From Dimorphilus gyrociliatus (lineage: Eukaryota; Animalia; Annelida), in contig CAJFCJ010000006.1 in assembly GCA_904063045.1 (NCBI GenBank), positions 3,984,408 through 4,048,407 of the forward strand: a stretch of 64,000 nucleotides of DNA. Reading direction: 5' to 3'. The notes beneath the pieces are model-generated. The model was not told the origin of the DNA. It did no database searches and saw only the letters and a program-made list of their open reading frames with translations. Position 1 is the stretch's first letter. Each line of letters starts with the position of its first letter. The position numbers and the translations under genes are program-made. Shown here one piece after another: positions 12,138-24,500 of the stretch.

Positions 12138-15100
12138 ATGAATCAAACGAATTTGTTCTGTTCTCTTTTATATTTATTAATTAGTTTAAAAGTTTTATTG
12201 ACTGAAATAACTTGGACTTTACCATATATTAAAACAAGAAGAGATAGTTATAAAACAGATTTATTTAGAGGAAATGTTGAATTGCAAAAATTTAAAAATA
12301 AACATTCAAACGGTATCCGTCAGGCTTTATACGGTTTCGATGGTAACGTATCGTCTTGCGTAGAAAGTTCTATGGAACGTCACCCTTGGATAGCTGTTGA
12401 TCTGGAAGATAATTTCTATCTATTGAAACTTTTCGTGTCTGGTAAAATAAAAATATAAAAATAATTATATAGGATCTCACTAAGAATATGCGTATCTCTT
12501 TCAGGTAAATTTTTAACAGCTCTAACTATTGGGCTTTCGAAAAAATGGCCAGATAGTAGTTCCAATAAGTGGAAAATAGGATTTTCTTTGTGTACATTTA
12601 TAGCTGATACAAGTAATCATATCAATGCGTCTTGTGAGGGACTAAGTTATGGCCGTTATTTCACTCTTGCATCTGAAAGCTCTCAAATGATTTTATGCGA
12701 TATACGCATTTTTATAAAAGAAGGTATAGTTTATTTATAAAATCTTTTGTTTGATGAAAGCGTGAACTTACATAACAGAGAAACCTACCCAAGACAAGTT
12801 AAAGAATGAATCTTTTTTGCTTAATAGCGAAATTTACTTTGAAGGCCAAAGAGTGCTCAAATTAACGGATAAAAAACTTGAAACTTGTTTAAATGCGCAC
12901 AACTTCGCAGCAAACAAGCTGCATCGTATAGTTGTAGGCCTTCAAACTATAGAAGCCATTAAAAGCGTTGTCGTTCAGACTAACTGTAAGCTTTTAAGTC
13001 CTAAAAATTGTCATCACTTTTAATATTGAACAAAATATTTTAGATCCTTTTATACCTAACCTTATTATTGGAGTCTACAATAGATCTTCCAAACTATCAG
13101 AGGAGAGCCCTTCGTTTAATGAATCTAATATTAGATTTTGTGAAGTTAGCAACTGGAACAGTATTGTAAGTAAACATTTTTCTTGTTTGACGAAACAAAG
13201 TACACTGGTTGGAGACACGCTCGTCATTTTTATACAAGGAAAACGTGTTCACTTGTGTGAGATTGCTATTTTTAAACCATCTAGCCAAAGAGATTTTAGT
13301 AATCCTATAAACTTGCGAATTACAAGAAACTTCAATCTTAATGAGAGAAATGGTTCGTTTCAAACGTTATAAAGTTTTTGTAAACTTTAAAATAGAATTT
13401 TTTTTCTCCCAAGAAAAAGATTTTCTTACTTTGCCAATAAAAGCAGATGTAGCGAAACTGAAACCTACTCTCTCCTCAAGGTTTGTAGGAAGTCAACAGC
13501 CATCATATGCAGTAGACGATTCACTGAAGTCGTGTGTTCTGCTGGAGAGTAACATTGGAGTTGAAAGATGGATAGCAATTAACCTTGGCTATCCATTTGT
13601 TTTAGGAATTTTCGAAATATATAGTCCAAATAGGGGAATAAAAACTCTCGATATAGGCTTAAGAGAAAATAAACCAAAGGGAGGTAGGGATGATTCAGTC
13701 GCATGTCAATCAAAGACCGACGCGTACCGTGAAACTAAACTCATAATGGCATGCATTAGTGAAATAACAGCTAGGATTGCGCTTCTCAAGAGCTTGGACC
13801 ACCATTTCGAAATATGTAACATCAGAATCTTTCCTATTTACCCAGAAACCTGTTACGAATACAAGCCTGCCGCAGAGGGTATCGAGATGGACGAGAGGGA
13901 AATTATAGCAAAAAAGGTTCTTCATAATGAAAATTTTATAGATAGATGCGGCGATTGGTGTAGTAGCGACCCAAAATGCGTGGCCATCGATTTCATTCAT
14001 CTTTCGAAGAACAACAATAAAACTGAATGTAGAAAACTTTACAAGACATTGTATCAAACTAAAAGATATGAAAAGTCCACTAATTCAATTCATTATGTGC
14101 GAAAATCTTGTATGATAGATTTGGAATCACATCCCAAAATAGTAGCAAACTCAATTTCGAGTGCAAAACGCATAATTTATTCCGGTCTCCGTGGTCTTGA
14201 TGCTATAACACTATCAAAAATAGTTGATAATAATATATTAACCTGTCTTACGGTTCAATCATCCTTTCAAAGAGCTTGGATAGGAGTTGATATGGGTAAA
14301 GTAAATATTATTGGAAGAGTAAAGATAATTGGTGGAAAGAATGGTATCGGTCCACTAAGAATTTCTGTTGGCTATAGCGAGCCCACTGTAAATTGGCCGG
14401 ACAATGAAGACTTGTATGATTGTTATTTTTTGCCACATGTATCTTCTGAACTTGATATTCGATGCAAACCTTCTTTAAAGGGGAGATATGTCATTATTTT
14501 CTCCAAAATAGGTGGTAGTATAAATGTATGTGAAGTTTATATCTTTCCTTTGAAAGGTAAATTTTCTGTTCAATGGAAGCCTCCCTATAGCTTCCATGGG
14601 AGGATTCCATGTCCTCTATGAATTACATATTATAACCCTTACATATTGTCTGTATTTCAGCCTCAAAAGATGAAAGTAGGTGGGAAAAGAGTAGGTCTTT
14701 TATAAACTTTCCTATAATATACAAATACAATTGCAACTATTGTAACTTTCCCCCTTTGATAAATAGCCAACATAGCCTTGCACAAACCGCCAAGGTACTT
14801 CAATAGCTATTATAGAGAATTATCTGATGGCAATTTAGTAACTTGCTTTAATTTCGGATTACAACCTTCTGAGCCTGATTGGATTGTAGTAGATCTCTTG
14901 CAACCATTCTTTGTCAAAAGTATTGGGCTGACATCCGAAATAACAGAGACCTTGCCATTGATTATATCTGCTGTATCTAAAGATGCTTACAGGTACAACA
15001 TTCTTAGACGAGATTATTCCCTGCAGAAACAAGATTTTCTTTTTATAGAGGCAAGAAATCCATAAATAACGAGCAAATCTGTTGGAAATTAAATAAGCGA

Positions 15101-18100
15101 AAGATACACCATTTAGCGTCATGTAATAATACACGTGGATCAATTTATGGAAATTTTATAATAATAAAGCTTACTGAATTTAAGCTAAACTGGAAAATAT
15201 GTGAGATTGAGGCCTACTCAGGTAATATAAATACGAAAGATTTCTTTTTATTGCTCCTCAAACTTTAAAATAGATAAAAGAAATCTTTGTACATATTTCA
15301 AAAAGTCAAATGCCAAAGAAAAATATCAATTAGTAAAATGGAGTATAGTATCTGAATCAGACTGTAAAATTCAATGTTTAGTATTGGATGAATGTCGAGG
15401 TATTGCTTTTGGCCAGAAGTCGTGTAGACTTCTTTTCTTAAAGAGTAGTGATACTAAATTACCCCAGGAGGAGAACACACTTGAGTATTATGAAAGAACA
15501 TGTGGTAATAACTCTTTCTCGTTTTGTATTTATAGTAAATATATTGAAATTGATAATATATCTTACAAAATTAGATGAAAACGACTGGCGTCTCCAAACT
15601 AGTAACCCTTTTTTCCTTTCTTCCCAAAATATAATTAAATTAATATTCATTATTTTTCAAGAGATAATACCTATTAAGAAACCAACACTGCTTTTTGATA
15701 ACAATTTTAAATCTTGTGTACCTTTTTCCAAAGTTATATTAAAGAAAAACTACTTTGTCACAGTTGAATTGGAAAAATTTTCAATTATTTCAGGCTTCAA
15801 AGCTGAGATAAAAGGTACCAATAATTTTTTTATCGCTTTACCTAAACTGTCAGAATTAAAATGTGCTTCAGTTGAAAGTCCAAAAGCCTATGATATTGTA
15901 AATGTAACAACACATGAAAATAAATTTCTATCGATTGACAGAAAGAGATCATATTCTGTGAAACATTGTGCTACTATTCTTATCCTTAGTAAACAAGATG
16001 ATGGTGATCTTGTAACTGTAAACAGCAGTTGTAAATACTTTTCGCTTAGTAAATTTATGACTTTTGAAAGTCTTTTTGGAGATTCTCTTCTATCGATATG
16101 TGAATTAGAGATCTACACTCTAAACTCAAATTCAGGTGTGATAATCAATATCAATGGGAAAAAATATTTACAAGATAATATTATAGGTAATCTATGCAAA
16201 TACTTTTATCAATGTGATACCAGGGGCGAATGCACATTTGTTTCCGAAAACTCTGTTGAATGCTCCTGTAATTATCCATTTTTTGGCAGAAGATGTGAAT
16301 TTCCAATTACAAGTGATAGTAAGATAATGAATGCTCCATTTTTGTACTACTTAATTATACTCGTTTCTCTTCAGTACAGCGTGAAACACTTTCCAGTACA
16401 TTATTAGTGTTTTAAGGAAAACTAATTTCGGATTTGCATTCTGAATAACTCTCTTTATATTCCCTGTTAGGATTTAACTGCATCTTGTGTACACAAAACA
16501 ATGGCGTATGTGACGTTAAATATGAAATTTGTAATTGTCCAAAACTGTCTTACGGAACAAACTGCGAGTATAGCACAGCATCAGGTTTAATTCTTCGGTT
16601 TTATTGTTTTAATATTTATTCAATATATCTATTGAATAACAAAAATTATATACTTTATTTAATTTATTTCCTAGAAAATGATAAATTAATTGATTTCGAC
16701 AAGGAATTTGATTCTGATAAAAGTAAACAAAATTAAAAATAACAATAAAAAAATGTAAATCTACTATTTTAAAATATTTTAGTGAATTTAGCAGCAGCTG
16801 CAATTGTTGAAGGCATAGGGATCGCTAATAGCTGGAAGCTAGTCGACACTTCATTACAAAGTTGTTATACTGTTAATATAGACAAAGAATTCATTATTTG
16901 GCTAGAGAATTTCTATTTAATTAGAAAAGTAATGGTGTTTGCTGACAAAATGGGTTTGGGAACTAAAATTTATACTCGTATCCTATGTCCAATAAGGTGC
17001 TATTGGCTTAATATAATTTCTTTCAATTTATTCCTGCATAACACAAATTCCCTTGTAGATGGATAAATGATACAGCATCAAATGGTATACTTCAAATAAC
17101 AAATGACTGTCCTTATATTGCGGGAAGCGTCAGTAATTTTGTTCGAATAGTATCTCTACGCAGTAAAGTTAGATTCTGTGAAATTGAAATCTATGCAGAT
17201 AAAAGACGAAGTGAATTAACATGAATTGTCTCATGCAGTTTTCCCATAATTACATTTTTTTCTTTGCGAAACAGCACTTTGCACAACACTAAATTCCAAG
17301 CCAGAAGACGAGATTATACTATGCCGTAAGTGTATGAAATACTAAGATTTTCGGGGAAAAATAATCTTGTATCAAGTTATTATTATGTAAACAATTTTTA
17401 CAGCGGAGATCGACCCCTATATTCACGTTGGGTTTTTACCAGGTTAAAAACTTTTCACTAATAATAATAATTGCTGAACAAGAGGATGTTTTTGTTCTAT
17501 AGATAATTTAATCAATCCTCAATTACAAGTAGATTCAAGCCTCGATATCGATTATAGCAAATCGATTGATGGCGATTTAAGTACTGGAACTTACATCGGC
17601 GGCTTTAGAATTTTGTCCAATTTTTGGGTTACTATTCATTTGGAAAACATCAAAACTTTAGGTCGAGTTCGAATTTCTGGTGAAAAAAATACTGTTGGAG
17701 TATTAGCCGTGTCTGTCTATACGAGAAACTACCGGTATAAGCGCCGTTGCTTTACAATACCTGAAAAACCTTGGAGCGTAGTAGATCGATCTTGTATCAG
17801 ACAAATTGAGGGGATAGCCGTTAGTTTACATGCATTCACATCAAATCCGTTTTATGCTATGTTTATATCAGAAATTCAAGTCTTTTCAGTAAATTCTGAA
17901 CATCCATGTTTAAGATCTTTATGTCAAAATGATGCTGCTTGCGAAAAGTAATAATGCATTTTTTGATAACTTAAAGTTAACAAAATACTTCTTATAGAAT
18001 GGGAAGCTCATATCGTTGTATTTGTAAAGAGGGTTACAAAGGAAATCGCTGTGAGATTCACACATGCGAACTTGGTAATCGGCTGTGTTCCAATAGGGGA

Positions 18101-19400
18101 AAATGTCTTATTGTTTCTGGGAAACGCAAGTGCCAATGCGATCTTAAATACTCTGGGGACAAATGTGAGGCATTTGCTGATCCTTGCGAGAAAAAAAAAT
18201 GCTTGTCAGGATTGTGCATAAGAACGGGAGATGGCAGCTCTGGCTCATGCTACAATATACCAGAAAGTTCATATACTACAGATGGTTTTAAGCTTAATAA
18301 TTTTACAACATTATTACCTAATATTGGAAAAACTGAACCTCCAAAACCATCGCTTGTAGAAAAGAGTGAAACCTGTCCGCAAAAGCAATGCATAGCTGGA
18401 GTGTGCCAGCTGCAAAACAAAAATTATGAGGAAAATAATTGTAATTGTTTCTCGGGTTGGACAGGAAAGTTTTGTGCTAGCCAATTAAATCCGTGTTACA
18501 ATAACCCCTGCCAAAACGGAGGCATATGTCTACCTGGCCCTATAAATGACTACCTTTGCAATTGCCCAGAAGGATACGATGGCATCAACTGTCAGATTAA
18601 TTTGAGATCGGACTTAATGGAGATAGAATGTTCTCCAAATTCTTGTTCAGGTCACGGTTATTGTCGCGAAAACTTTAACAAAGAAATACAGTGCGTTTGC
18701 TACGAAGGCTATCACGGAAAGAGATGTGATAGAGTAATTAGTTGCAATGAAATGAAGTGTAGAAATGGGATATGCCATCAAAAAAGTATTAACAAAGAAT
18801 TATTACCAGCTGAATGTTTATGCTTGGGTGGTTGGACTGGAAAATATTGTCAAATAATAGCTAACCAATGCTTACTGGTGTAATTTCATTAATTTAGCTA
18901 TAATAGATTACTAATAGACCCATTTCAGTTACCTTGTATTTCGGGAAACTGTGAAATAAAGAAAAGTAATGGATCCTATGTTAATGCTAAATGTGTCTGT
19001 GACGCAGAATATGAAGGTAAGTATCTTATACAAAAGATATCTATTTCTTTGAAAAATCCATTATTTACATAGGAGTTGCTTGCGAAGTGCATAAGAAAAG
19101 CGTATGTTACAATCATAAATGCTTTAGAGGCTATTGCATTCCTGATATAAATGGTATAGATTACAAATGTAAATGTATAGCCGGATGGAGAGGAGCCTTT
19201 TGTGATGAACAAACAATCAAGACAGAAAACAAAAGTATTTCTATAATAATATTATATTATACTAGTATATTTTATATATTTTATTGTTTTCAGTTACCGT
19301 TACCTTCAGTGATACTTTTCAAATTTTCATTGTATTCTGTTTATTACTATGCGTTCTTATTATTTCAATTATTTTTGTAAACATCTACTTCTTTCAATGA
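12138..19400 (+). CDS. Large type I membrane protein (about 1,900 aa): signal peptide, 8 degenerate F-type lectin (FTP/F5-8C-like) domains, 2 PAN/apple domains, about 11 EGF-like repeats, C-terminal TM helix
   Basis: Hydrophobic leader; repeated (V/I)D.....C.......W...(D/N)L ... GRY.......(L/I)CE(I/V).(I/V)F units, including NIALHKP at about 14770; PAN-type C-x3-C-x5-C cores at about 13950 and 15370; EGF cysteine patterns at 16190-16570 and 17900-19210. Short GT-AG introns keep one frame; the last exon (19294-19400) encodes the TM segment. Confidence 0.8.
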
Positions 19401-19564
19401 GTGTTTATTAAGCTGATATTTATTTTTAAAGTGGTAAAATTTAACGTGAAAACAGTCAATAGTTGAATTGTTTGTTTTAATTAATCAACAAAATAACTTA
19501 GTGATAGATATTTTAACTTGGAAAGTTTTAGAAAAATAAGGGAAACAATAGACAGTTTGATAGT

Positions 19565-20879
19565 TTACATAATTATTGCTGTAGAAATAATTTCACCAAA
19601 GACATTTGGAGTTTCTTCTGTCACATTTTCACTCTCCGAATCATTTTTATCCAATATACTATTTGTTGCTTCAATAACTTCTTGTTTAAATGCGTCATTT
19701 TCAATTGTATCGTGTAGATTTAAAAATTCTCCATCAAAATGTGATAAATCTGAAGGTTCACTCTTTACTTGCACTGGAATTTCGTATTCACTTGAACTAC
19801 CACTTGATGTATCGTCACTTGGTTCACTAGATGACAATACACTGTCGTTTGGTGGATAAAAACCCCGTCTTCGCCTTCGGCACTTTTGTTTCTGAACCCA
19901 TTGAGTTGATTGTGAATCAGAGTGGTCGATAGGACTGGCAGTTTTCTTACTTCTTCGGCTATTTGGAGGCTTCCTCCTTGGCATCACGGGTAGAGTTGTA
20001 TTTGCACAATCTAAACACTTACACAAATGAGAACATGTTATACCCGCTTCGAAGCATTCGCAATACTTTTTCAGACATCCGCTTTTCCGGCAGTGACAAC
20101 CTTTGTAATGAAGCCTTGAACGAACTTTTGGCTGGAATGCCATTGGATTCCTTTCAATACAAGCCGTAACTGCAGCTCGTCTAAGGTGAGTGTGACCATC
20201 GGCATCGGTGTTATGACAATTATCACAACTACACCATGCACCGCAAACCTCTCGACGTGCGAAACAATCGCAATACAATTTTAGACATTTTGATCGTCGG
20301 CAATTACAAGGTTTTGTCGAAGGTCTGGGAGGTGCTAAAGCTTGCAGTTTTTCGTTAACGTCCTCACTACGTTTCTTAGATCTTTGCCTGCCGGTCCAAG
20401 GCGGAACAAGCGGAGTGTCAGAATATAACTGAGGGGGTGGGGGTGGCAAAAATCCCGGTGGTGGCCCATAGGGAGGAGGTCTCGGTAATGCTTGAAAAAT
20501 AGGACGCCCGTTCATTGGAAATCCTGCAAAGGGTCGACCAATTGCGAAAAATTGTTGAGCATGGCGAAACGGTGGAGGTTGATATAGAGAATAAGCTGGA
20601 TGATGAGAGATGTGATGAGGTGGATGTGGAACGGGTGGCGGTCGATCGTGCGGAGGTGAAGAATCGTGTTGAAACGATGCGAGATAAGTACTCTCTTCAT
20701 TTCGGTTTATGGACGCTTAAGAAACAAAATGTTACGAATAAAAAAAACCCCAATACAAAAACTAAAATTCAAAAGTTTCAAAGACAACTTTAAATTCAAA
20801 ATGTTTTTTTTAAGAAGATAAAAGAGAATAACTCAAAAATTTGAAAAAAATTCTTACTATCTCTTCCTTCCTCTGACAT
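19565..20879 (-). CDS. CRC-domain (tesmin/TSO1/LIN54-type CXC-RNPxAFxPK-CXC) protein, about 390 aa, 2 exons (20879-20858; 20715-19565)
   Basis: PCNCRRSKCLKLYCDCF...RNPMAFQPK...KGCHCRKSGCLKKYCECF. The frame is open upstream of the ORF-track ATG to an AG at 20716 and joins a GTAAG-terminated exon MSEEGRD. An alternative in-frame ATG lies at 20885. Confidence 0.85.
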
Positions 20880-21543
20880 GATCATCAATTGATTAAGAAA
20901 AATATTGACAAAAGATTCAAATATTCAAATAGGCTAGTCGATTCTCCTAATTAACGTCAGTAGTCCGCGTTCTCGTCTCAAAAATTCGCAGAAGAAATTA
21001 GTGATAAATAAGGAAATGACTCTTTTAAAAAGATAAACGTCGTGTTTAACAAAAGAAAACGTAACGTCAACCGAAAACATTCCGAAAAGTATTTCATTAG
21101 GTTATTTAGAATGTTCGATTAATCGAACGTTTTTTTCGTATATTTTAATGTAGGCCTATTTAAAGAGTGAAACGCTATAATCTTAGATAAATCAGTTAAT
21201 ACATAGAAGTTATCTTTAATTCTCACAAACAGTGTTTCTGTTACATATATGTATATTCGACAAACACAAAACATAAATCATACAGTTTTGAAATTATCTT
21301 GTTGCAGAATTTAAGCAGTTATGTTTTTTTGTCATATCTTATAGTGTAAAGAATAATAGGCTACAATCTAAATCGTCATGCACCAACGACGATGACTAGG
21401 GGCGTTAGAAATCATGCACCAAATTTTTGTTTAGTTTTTGTACAACGTTCAAGTTCAACAGTTCGAAATAATATTTAAAAAATAAACAATAAACAATTTT
21501 TACGAAGATGGATGAGTGCTTCTATTACATTGATAAAAAAACT

Positions 21544-24500
21544 TTAGGCATCGGAGGTACCCATATCAGATCTTGATAAAGCAATAGCTAATTCTAAATC
21601 AGCTTTTTCTTGCTCAGCAAGTCTTCGTATCCTCTCCGATTCGCTTTGTTCACTTTCCTTCTTCGCCCATGCCATTTGGTTATCATCGTTAGTAAAAGCC
21701 AATTTTGCAGGATATGTGAATGATGGTGAAAATGAATTCTGTATTGTGAAATATCATTGTACACAGTGTACGGATATATATAGATAATCAAGTCTAAAAA
21801 ATTAATATAAGCCTATGAATATGAGCGAGAGCGAAAAGAAAGAGAGGATAAAACAGAGAACAATATTATTTGTCTTTTTTATGCTATCCATTTTTTCTTT
21901 GCATTTTCATTATTACAAAATTTGTGATGTTCTCTTTCAACTATCATCTCTCTTCCTCCGTAGGATTTAACTTAATTTAACCAACTAAACACTTTTACCC
22001 TTAATTTCATTGTTATTTTTTTTTTGTACCAATAAGCGGAAGTCAACCAAAACAATAGTAATAACAAAATGATAAGCTGATATTAGAAGTTTAAATTAAT
22101 AAAAATTTCTTTAGCAAAAATTGAACAAAAGAATGAAAAGTAAAGATAAAAAAAACTGAAACAAACAAGTGGTAGCATACAGAACTAAGCATCAGATGAT
22201 TCTTGATTCCAAGATAAGTTTTTCACTGTTCCTTTGCCCTCTTCTTTACTCTTCGTCTTATATATAGTACATCAAAAATATAATTATTCGGAAATTTAAT
22301 AGACATAATTAAGCTAAATTCATTATATTTCTAATAGTATTATTGTTACTGTTTCTAGTTTACTAAATGTTCAAACTCAATAAGAAAGAGTAAAAGTAAA
22401 AATTTCAAAAATGTTATTTAACAATAATTCCACTTCTATTTAACTTACCTGATTGCTAAAATCGGCGAATCCAGTGACCTCGTTGTTCTTATCTGTCGGC
22501 ATACTTGCAAACGGATCTGCCCCTCCAAAAGCATCCCGAAATGCAGGGCTTACAGATTTTGTAGCGGGAGGAAAGGCTGGTCTTGGAGGAGGGGTATTAC
22601 TGTTGGATGTAGAGACTGGGGGGGCTTTCTTCTTTACTGCTTTCGGCTTGAAAGGATCCTGTCCGAATGGATCGTCTTGATTAACAGGAGATGTTATATT
22701 TGCAGCTGCTTCGCCAAAAGGGTCGAATGGGTCTGGAAATAAATGAGATAAGTCAAGAAGATATTTGGGTGATAGTGAATAATTGTTTTTGAGATGAAGT
22801 AGCAAGCAAGTTTAGGATGAGGAAAAGGAAGGGAAGGATGAGGGATTTAATTGTCGAAAGATAATTAAAGGCAAGAGAAGAAGCACTACCGTATGAAGAA
22901 TTGACTGGTTTAGAGGTTTTTGCAGAATCAAAAGCCTTGTCGAAAAGATCATCTTGGTCATAAAGCGCATTAGAATTAATCAGACTTGATGGAACAGTAC
23001 GATTATTCGCAGTGTGAATAGTATTAGATGGTGTGCTCGTAGCCGCCATACCATTTCCAAAAGCTGTTGAACCTGAACTGAACGTGCCGTTCTGCATGTT
23101 GGATGAGGTATTGGACGATCCCAAAACTTCGGACTTAAAGGGGTCATTTCCACCAAAGGGATCGGCTAATAGGTTAAAAGCAAAAATTAACCAGGGGGAA
23201 TATCGTAACATTCAAACAAATATTTTCTTACCTTCGTAAAATGGATCTTCAGTTTTACCAGTATCATTTTTGAAGGGATCTTCATTCTTGAACGGATCTG
23301 ATGTAGCAAAAGGATCAGTTCCTTTAAAAGGATCCTCTTTAAAAAGAGAAGTTGTCTCGCTCTTAGTTGAAAATGACGTTGGAAAAACAGTAGAATTATT
23401 CTAAATTAATTAAATAAAAAAAAAAGGTCTATTATACATTCGGATTGAAATTATCAATTTAGTTATCTAAGAATTAACCTTTAAATACTAGAATGATAAT
23501 ACTATTACTCCTTTATCTATATGTACCAATGTGATTATATTTACCAATAAAAGCATTTATATTACCTTTATAAAACAGAGAAATGAAAGGAAATATTCTA
23601 TATATATACAGTACAAATTCAAATATATGTTGAACTGAAAATTTTGCAATGAAAGAACTTTCTGACATCAACTTTTAAATACTTTTGCTTTACAGTTATT
23701 TCTTACAAATCATAAACAATGAAAATTAATAAAAAAAAAATTAATACTTATATATATGTATCTAGTATTTTAAAACTAGAAAAGCTAATACTGAATCATT
23801 AGGCTATTCAATAATCACATTATGGAAAATGCCTGAAACTTGCCAAATTGTTTTTAAACGCTGTACTTACGCTTGAAGCAAAATTATTTTGGTTATTTGT
23901 CTGAACTTCTTGCCCGATGCTCCAGTCGATTGCTTCTGGAATTTTAATGCCATTTTCTCCGCTTAACAATTTTTTATATTGTTCTACGCTCTCTTCTGCC
24001 ATTTTGTGAATATTTTCTAGCGTTTTCTTCGTTTCTTCCGCCTGTTTAAAAAAAAGCATGGCAAAAGGCATAATAAATAGCTTTAAAGCTAAGAGCTGTC
24101 TTTTGAAGCTTTGCCAGCTTGATGGTTTTTTTTTGTCGGTTAAAAATAAAAATTTTATATTTAAAAATAAAAATAAGCAGATTTCTTCTTAGAGCAACAA
24201 TAACGATTGAACTTATAGAAAAAACACCCACCTGTTCTATTTTTGAAGTTGTACTAGTAAAAGTTTGTTTTAATTCCTCAAGTCTCCTTTGTTCAGAGTT
24301 TATTCGGAAATGAAGATCTTTCTCTTCAGAATTTAATGAATCTAATTTTCTTTTCAGGTCATTCAACTCTTTTTCTTGATCCTAAAAAGTTTAAAAATAA
24401 AAAACACATAAATAAAGCGATGCCAACATTAAATAAATAATATTCTACATCAATCTATTAAATTATAATACCTAATTCAAAAAAACTAATAATGATCATC

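Noticed and set aside
18878-18928. Apparent stop or frameshift ending the EGF array at 18883
   Set aside because: A 51-bp GT-AG intron (18878-18928) restores the frame into further EGF repeats.
20515-20793. Plus-strand 92-aa acidic ORF (MEILQRVDQ...)
   Set aside because: Antisense shadow of the Pro/His-rich second exon of the CRC gene.
21815-21970. Antisense ORF of about 51 aa with a hydrophobic stretch, and a purine/pyrimidine hairpin in the last EPS15 intron
   Set aside because: Low-complexity sequence explains both; many mismatches and no supporting signals.
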